Source of the DNA: the human T2T-CHM13v2.0 reference genome, Homo sapiens
Reading direction: 5' to 3' (one strand)
DNA length: 64,000 nt
Assembly (NCBI RefSeq): GCF_009914755.1
Contig: NC_060935.1
The notes under the pieces were generated by a model that saw nothing but the letters and a program-made list of their open reading frames with translations, did not search any database and was not told the DNA's origin. Of this stretch, positions 58,348 through 64,000 are shown piece after piece. Every line of letters starts with the position of its first letter. Within the stretch, counting starts at the first letter, position 1. The position numbers and the translations under genes are program-made.

Positions 58348-58403
58348 GTGAGGAACCCGTGCAGGCGCTGAGCATCCTGACCTGGAGAGCAGGGGCTGGT
58401 CAG
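58344..58403 (+). CDS. uORF2 in P2RY2 5' UTR (MSEEPVQALSILTWRAGAGQ...), open through the exon 2 donor
   Basis: ATG 58344-58346 overlaps the uORF1 stop (ATGA); 20 codons with no stop up to the splice donor; weak context (ttcATGa). Confidence 0.4.
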
Positions 58404-59218
58404 GTACGCGGGGTGGGGGGGGGGGAGCGGGTACGCTGGCCGGGAGGTGAGGGCGGGTGTGCTGTCTTGCCTGTGTCTGCCCTGAACTGGCTTAGATCAA
58501 GCGGATCTGAAGGCAGGTGCCCTGCCCTGCTCCCCCATCCCAGGCTGTGATGAATTCAGGCTTTGAAGCCAGATAGCTCTGGGTGTCAAGCCTAATTTTT
58601 CCAATGCCCGGCAGTGTGACCTTGTACAAATAGCTTAACCTCTATGGCAATATCTACCAAGGGATGGAGGTGGGGGATGAAGATGCTGTGTGAAAGCTGC
58701 TCAGCCCAGGTCTGGCCCTTACAAAGCAGGGTGGGTAGAGAATCCTGATCAGACCTATTGAGGTCCTGAGCCAGGCCTCAGACAGCCAATCCATCTCCAG
58801 AGCGCCCATGTCCAATCCCCTCCCACTGGCACTTCCCTGACCTGTCCAGAGAAAGGCAGAGTCTCCTGGGCTCCTGTGGCAGTTGAAGGAGAGACAGTCT
58901 AGAGACATAAGCAGGTTCCAGGTGGACCAGAACCCCTAGAGGGGCTGGGTTGTCCCCTGGTTACTTAGGGTCAGCAGCTAAGAAACCTTTAAGCATTTTT
59001 GTCCTTGAGAGGCCCTCAGAGGAGCAAGTAATTTGTAAGTAACTTGATCAAGGTTACACCACGGGGGATGGGCTGCAATTCCTATTCAGGTCCATCCCAC
59101 AGTGGAAGTGGCTGCAGGAGGGAGGTAGTGAACTCCCTGTTTATGGGAGTGTGCAGAGGCTGCAGAGGGCTTGTGCCTGTGTGTGCCTCCTCTGGGCCCC
59201 CATAGCCTCTTGTGCTTG

Positions 59219-59540
59219 CTTCATTCATTCATTCATTCATTCATTCATTCATTCTCTCATTCCTGTAATACCTCCTGTGGTCAGGCCTCCTGCTGGATGA
59301 TAGGGACAGAGAAAAGCATCAGATGGACCCAGCCCTCAAGGAGCACCTGAAATGTGTTGGGGTAGAGGATGGAAGGACAAATTACCAACTGGCTGAGAAA
59401 CGTCCTGAGGGGTGATGGAAGGGAGAACTTCAGAGATTAGAAGATCCTTTGGGACCTACAATGGGGTGCAGTGTGGGTGGGTTCGGGGAAGGCTTTCCAG
59501 TGAGAAAGAACAGCATGAACACAGGCAGGGGAGCCTGGAA
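59219..59540 (-). mobile_element. L2 3' end with (TTCA)n tail
   Basis: (TTCA)~8 then cccagccctcaaggagcac. Confidence 0.75.
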
Positions 59541-59720
59541 GGGTCTTACAAGGCTCACATCTCCCCTCCAGACTGGGAGCTCCTTGGGGCAGGGCCAGCC
59601 AGACCAGGGCGCAGCGGGGCTGGTGAGCGTTGGATAGTCAGGTGGAGCCGTCTCTAGTCCCAGGGGCATCAGGGTCAGGAGAGGCAGAAGGGAGACTTAA
59701 GGGAGGGGGCTGGGGACTTG

Positions 59721-59760
59721 GCTGTCCCTCTAAGGCAGGGGCTGTCCCTCTAAGGCAGGG
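59721..59760 (+). repeat. Perfect 20-bp tandem duplication GCTGTCCCTCTAAGGCAGGG x2
   Basis: Direct reading. Confidence 0.97.
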
Positions 59761-60689
59761 CTAGGAAAGATATACTCACAGGTTGGTGAGCCAGCCTGTA
59801 GAATGAGAGGGCGGGAGGGGTGAGTCTGGCCCAGGGCCACGGCGATGGAGTCCCCAGCTGGCCTGGGAGGGTGGGGGCCAGGGTGTCTTAAAACAGGCGG
59901 AAGGGGCAGCTCTCTTAATTCAAGGGAGACAGGGAAGTCTCCACCCCTCATCTCAGTGTCAGAGATTCCACTGTTAGGGATTAGCAGGAAACTCTTCATG
60001 CAGGGTGATGAGATGTTTATGTTGACTGTGAAGGGAAGTCAGGCCTCGGCACGGGGGCAGAAACAGAGCAGTGGCGTGAAGGGGAGACTGGGTGTGTGTG
60101 TCTGCATCATGGAGGAAGCCCCCTCCCTGTCCAAGTGGGGCAGAGGACCTCCCGGGGATATTTTGGGGCTGCAGTTCTCAAGGCTGTGGGATTTGACTAG
60201 TGTCTGAGACTTGGGAGGGAAGGAAATGCTTGATGTCACCTGGCGTTTTGTGGCAGAGCTAGACTCGAACCTCGGCTTACTGATACCCAGGGGAGGCTCT
60301 GTCCTGGGAAGGAATGTGGCCTCTCCGTAGCTCCTTAGTCTCGCAAGGGGGCCTCTCCTTGCTCCTCCTGCAGCTTCTGTGAGCCAGCGACTCTCAGCTG
60401 GCCTTCCAAAGCTCCAGACCTGAGGGACCCAGCCTGTGCCCATCCCCATACTTGCCATGGCTGACACTGCATTCCTCCTCCCCACCGTTCCTCCATCAGG
60501 GAACAGTCTCCAGAGCCTCCCTCCCAAACATCTCTCCCCTCACAGGGCCCAAGGCCTTCCCCTGCTTGGCTCTCAGTGTCACTCCCCTGGCTCACCACAA
60601 TCACCTCCACAGCCTCCAGTCCCACCTCCACTGTGGCCAAAGGTTTCTGGAAAAGGCCACCGCTAGCTGAACCTTGGCACTCATAACAC

Positions 60690-60850
60690 CACCGTGGGCC
60701 TACTGTGTGCCAGGCTCTACTCCAGACATTTTATGCAAATGACTCGACCCTCACAGCAGTCCCATGGTGGAGATTCTAGTAATTGTCCCATTTTACAGCT
60801 GAGGAAACAGAAGCAGTCTGGCTCCAGCGCCCAGGTTCTTAATCACTGGG
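60690..60850 (-). mobile_element. MIR
   Basis: cctactgtgtgccaggc...cccattttacagctgaggaaacagaagc. Confidence 0.8.
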
Positions 60851-61493
60851 TTCTCTGCACTGAGGGATAAAGAGCCGTGAGTTTAACAGGTGGAGACGAG
60901 GGCTATGAATGAACTCCAGGTAGAAGAAGCAGCAGCAACTAAGGCTGGGAGGGGAGAGTCTTGGGCACATTCAAGAAACTGCAGGTCACAGGGGTTGGGG
61001 CGGGTGAGGTTGGCAGAGGCTCAGTTATGAAAACCTCAGGCACCAGACTTGAGGGCTGGGCTTTCTCCTGAAACAGGGTAGGAGCGGCAGGAGGATTTCA
61101 AGTAGGGGGATGCTTTCTTTGAGAAAGGCCACTCTGGATTTTTGTGGGTGGGTGGGTGGGGGTGGCGCTGGAGGAGGGAAGCCAGTGCAGTGGTTCCAGC
61201 AACAAGAGGTAGAGCCTGGAACGAAGTTGGCAGCAGGAACTGTCCTGACCCTGGGTAAGACGGGTCTCAGCCACTTGACCTGCCAGAGCCCCAGCATCTA
61301 CCTGTCTCTTCTTAACTTGGCACCACATAAGCATCTCCCGGCCTCCTCGCCCTGGTTTTGCCCTGGCTCCTGGGGAGCCATCTGTGTCCATGGCAGGGGG
61401 AACAAGGGTGCAGGCCCCCTTCCTTCTGAGTAAACATTTGCTGACAATAGGAGAAAGAGAAGATCTGGGAGTCTTGGTGAAAGAAGGGAAACT

Positions 61494-62310
<817 letters not shown>

Positions 62311-62646
62311 AAAATAAAGGGAATTATATGGCCCCAGATTCTCAGGATGAGGAGGACTCACTCTTCATCTGCCCTTTCCACCCTCCCAGACACACCCCCA
62401 CACAGGCACAAGCCCTTCTGCAGCCTCTGCTAGAGAGCCACTTGCATACTCCCATAAACAGGGAGTTCACTACCACCCTCCTACAGCCACTTCCAGGGGC
62501 TGGACCTGGACAGATATTGCAGCCCATCCCCAGTGGCATGACCTTGACCAAATAACTTACATGATCTGTATCTTAGCCTCTTGATTGGAGAACTGGGGAT
62601 GGTGACTTGGCCCCCAGAACACATCATATGGATAAAGTGTAGTAAC

Positions 62647-62937
62647 TTTTTTTTTTCTGAGACAGAGTCTTGCTGTGTCACCCAGGCTGGAGTACAGTGG
62701 CATGATTTTAGCTCACTGCAACCTCCACCTCCTGGGCCCAGGTGATCCTCCCACCTCAGACTTCCGAGTAGCTGGGACTACCACCACACCAGGCTAATTT
62801 TGTGTGTGTGTATTTTTAGTAGAGACAGGGTTTCTCCATGTTGGCCAGGTTGGTCTTGAACTCCTGGCCTCAAGTGATCCACCCGCCTCAGCCTCCCAAA
62901 GTGGTGGGATTACAGGTGTGAGCCACCGCGCCCGGCC
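62647..62937 (-). mobile_element. Alu (AluJ/S-like), intron 2
   Basis: Reverse dimer; TSD AAGTG.A.TAACTTTT. Confidence 0.94.
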
Positions 62938-63848
62938 TAAGTGAATAACTTTTAGAAAGCATGCTTAGTAGTAGGGTTTGAAAAATGTTAGCTCCTCCTG
63001 CCCCTTCACACTGCTAGAAAGTGCTTTTTTGTGTTTTTCTCAAACTTGCCCACCCAGGACTTCTGCTATGATTTCCAACCTGCCTCCTGGGACGTTAGGC
63101 ACGTCTTTGTCTTCCAGGCCGGGATGTCTGTCCTCTACCTCCCAGCTGCGAGAGAGCTCTTAATTGGTCACCTGGGTAGGGGTAAGGAGGAGAGGGAGGG
63201 GACAAGCTGCTCCCTGGGCACTCACTGTCTGTTGGATGGTCAGTCCCCATGGGTGTGTTATATGCTCAGTGGGGACAAGGTTGGGGGGGACACCATGATA
63301 CTGATGATATGCAGAGAGAAACTGGATAGGCATGGAAGAAGCTGCATTTACCACACAAAAGAAGATCCCTTGGCCCCCTATCCCTATCTCCAACCCAGAT
63401 TTCCCTGGACTCTTCACGGGGGTTACTTCAGGGGGATTCCCTGGTAGCCTCACAGGCTCAGGGGCAGGACTGCTGTTGATAGATATAGAAAGTGCCAGAA
63501 TAGAGGAAGATGTAAAAAGTGAAGGAATAACTGAAGAAGGAGACCCTTGGAAATACTTCCTCAAATACCAGAACACTAGGCATGGGCCCAGAGCCTCCCA
63601 GAGAGTGGGAAAATGAGCTGGAGAGAACTCTGTAATGCCTGCAGGGGGCTGTTGGATGCCCACTGGCCAGAAATGCCTCTGCAGGCAGTAGGCATTGGGT
63701 GTGAAGCAGGGCCAGCCAGCCTCAAAGGCCCCTTCCCATGAACTCAAAATTACCTGCTCTGGCACCCCCAGGTCCTCAGATTCTAGAGCTCAGAATCCTA
63801 GATCTAAAACTCTGATCCTGAGGTTCTAGAGAGGGGTAAGAAAACTTC

Positions 63849-64000
63849 AAGTAGCTGGGACTACGGGTGTGTGCCAGCATGCCTGGCTAATTTTTAAAAG
63901 AATTTTGTAGAGATGGGGTCTCACTTTGTTGCCTAGGCTGGGCTTAAACACCTGGTTTCTGCCTTGGCCTCCTGAGTGGCTAGGATTATAGGCATGAGCC
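63849..64000 (-). mobile_element. Partial Alu (AluJ-like), runs off the window
   Basis: aagtagctgggactacggg...ggattataggcatgagcc. Confidence 0.88.

Larger units (their letters stand above)
58209..58403 (+). other. P2RY2: P2RY2 exon 2 (195 nt, 5' UTR)
   Basis: Acceptor ctttctctacctccctctgtctgcag|GAG at 58208/58209; donor CAG|gtacgc at 58403/58404; matches recalled mRNA. Confidence 0.92.

Noticed and set aside
63160-63765. 201-aa minus ORF in intron 2
   Set aside because: Non-ATG start, antisense to P2RY2, no recognisable homology or flanking splice structure

Overview
Primate (most likely human) euchromatic DNA, GC-rich, dense in old interspersed repeats, with no complete protein-coding CDS in the window. 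The only gene I recognise is the 5' half of P2RY2 (P2Y2 purinergic receptor; chr11q13.4 in human, by recall). It shows a CpG-island promoter at ~48.1-49.0 kb, non-coding exon 1 ending at 48623 and non-coding exon 2 at 58209-58403. Spliced together, these match the P2RY2 mRNA leader as I remember it. The single coding exon (MAADLGPWND...) is not present and should start just beyond the right edge. The left ~48 kb is upstream/intergenic sequence with ~24 Alus (28 in the whole window), L1M/L2/CR1 LINEs, MIRs, MaLR and ERV1 LTRs, and MER5/MER53/MER91/Tigger3 DNA transposon fossils. Nearly all ORFs in the supplied track are repeat-derived or chance. Best leads: (1) a stop/start-coupled pair of uORFs in P2RY2 exon 2, with an internal splice acceptor that would remove the first AUG; (2) three strongly flanked + strand exon-like segments at 30.9-32.4 kb that join into one open frame containing a Kozak ATG; (3) a compact GC-box/AP-1/TATA promoter-like module at 25.6 kb; (4) an old diverged local duplication at 2.2/3.9 kb. 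I cannot support a wholly new biological system from sequence alone. Repeat subfamily names and boundaries are by eye and approximate.
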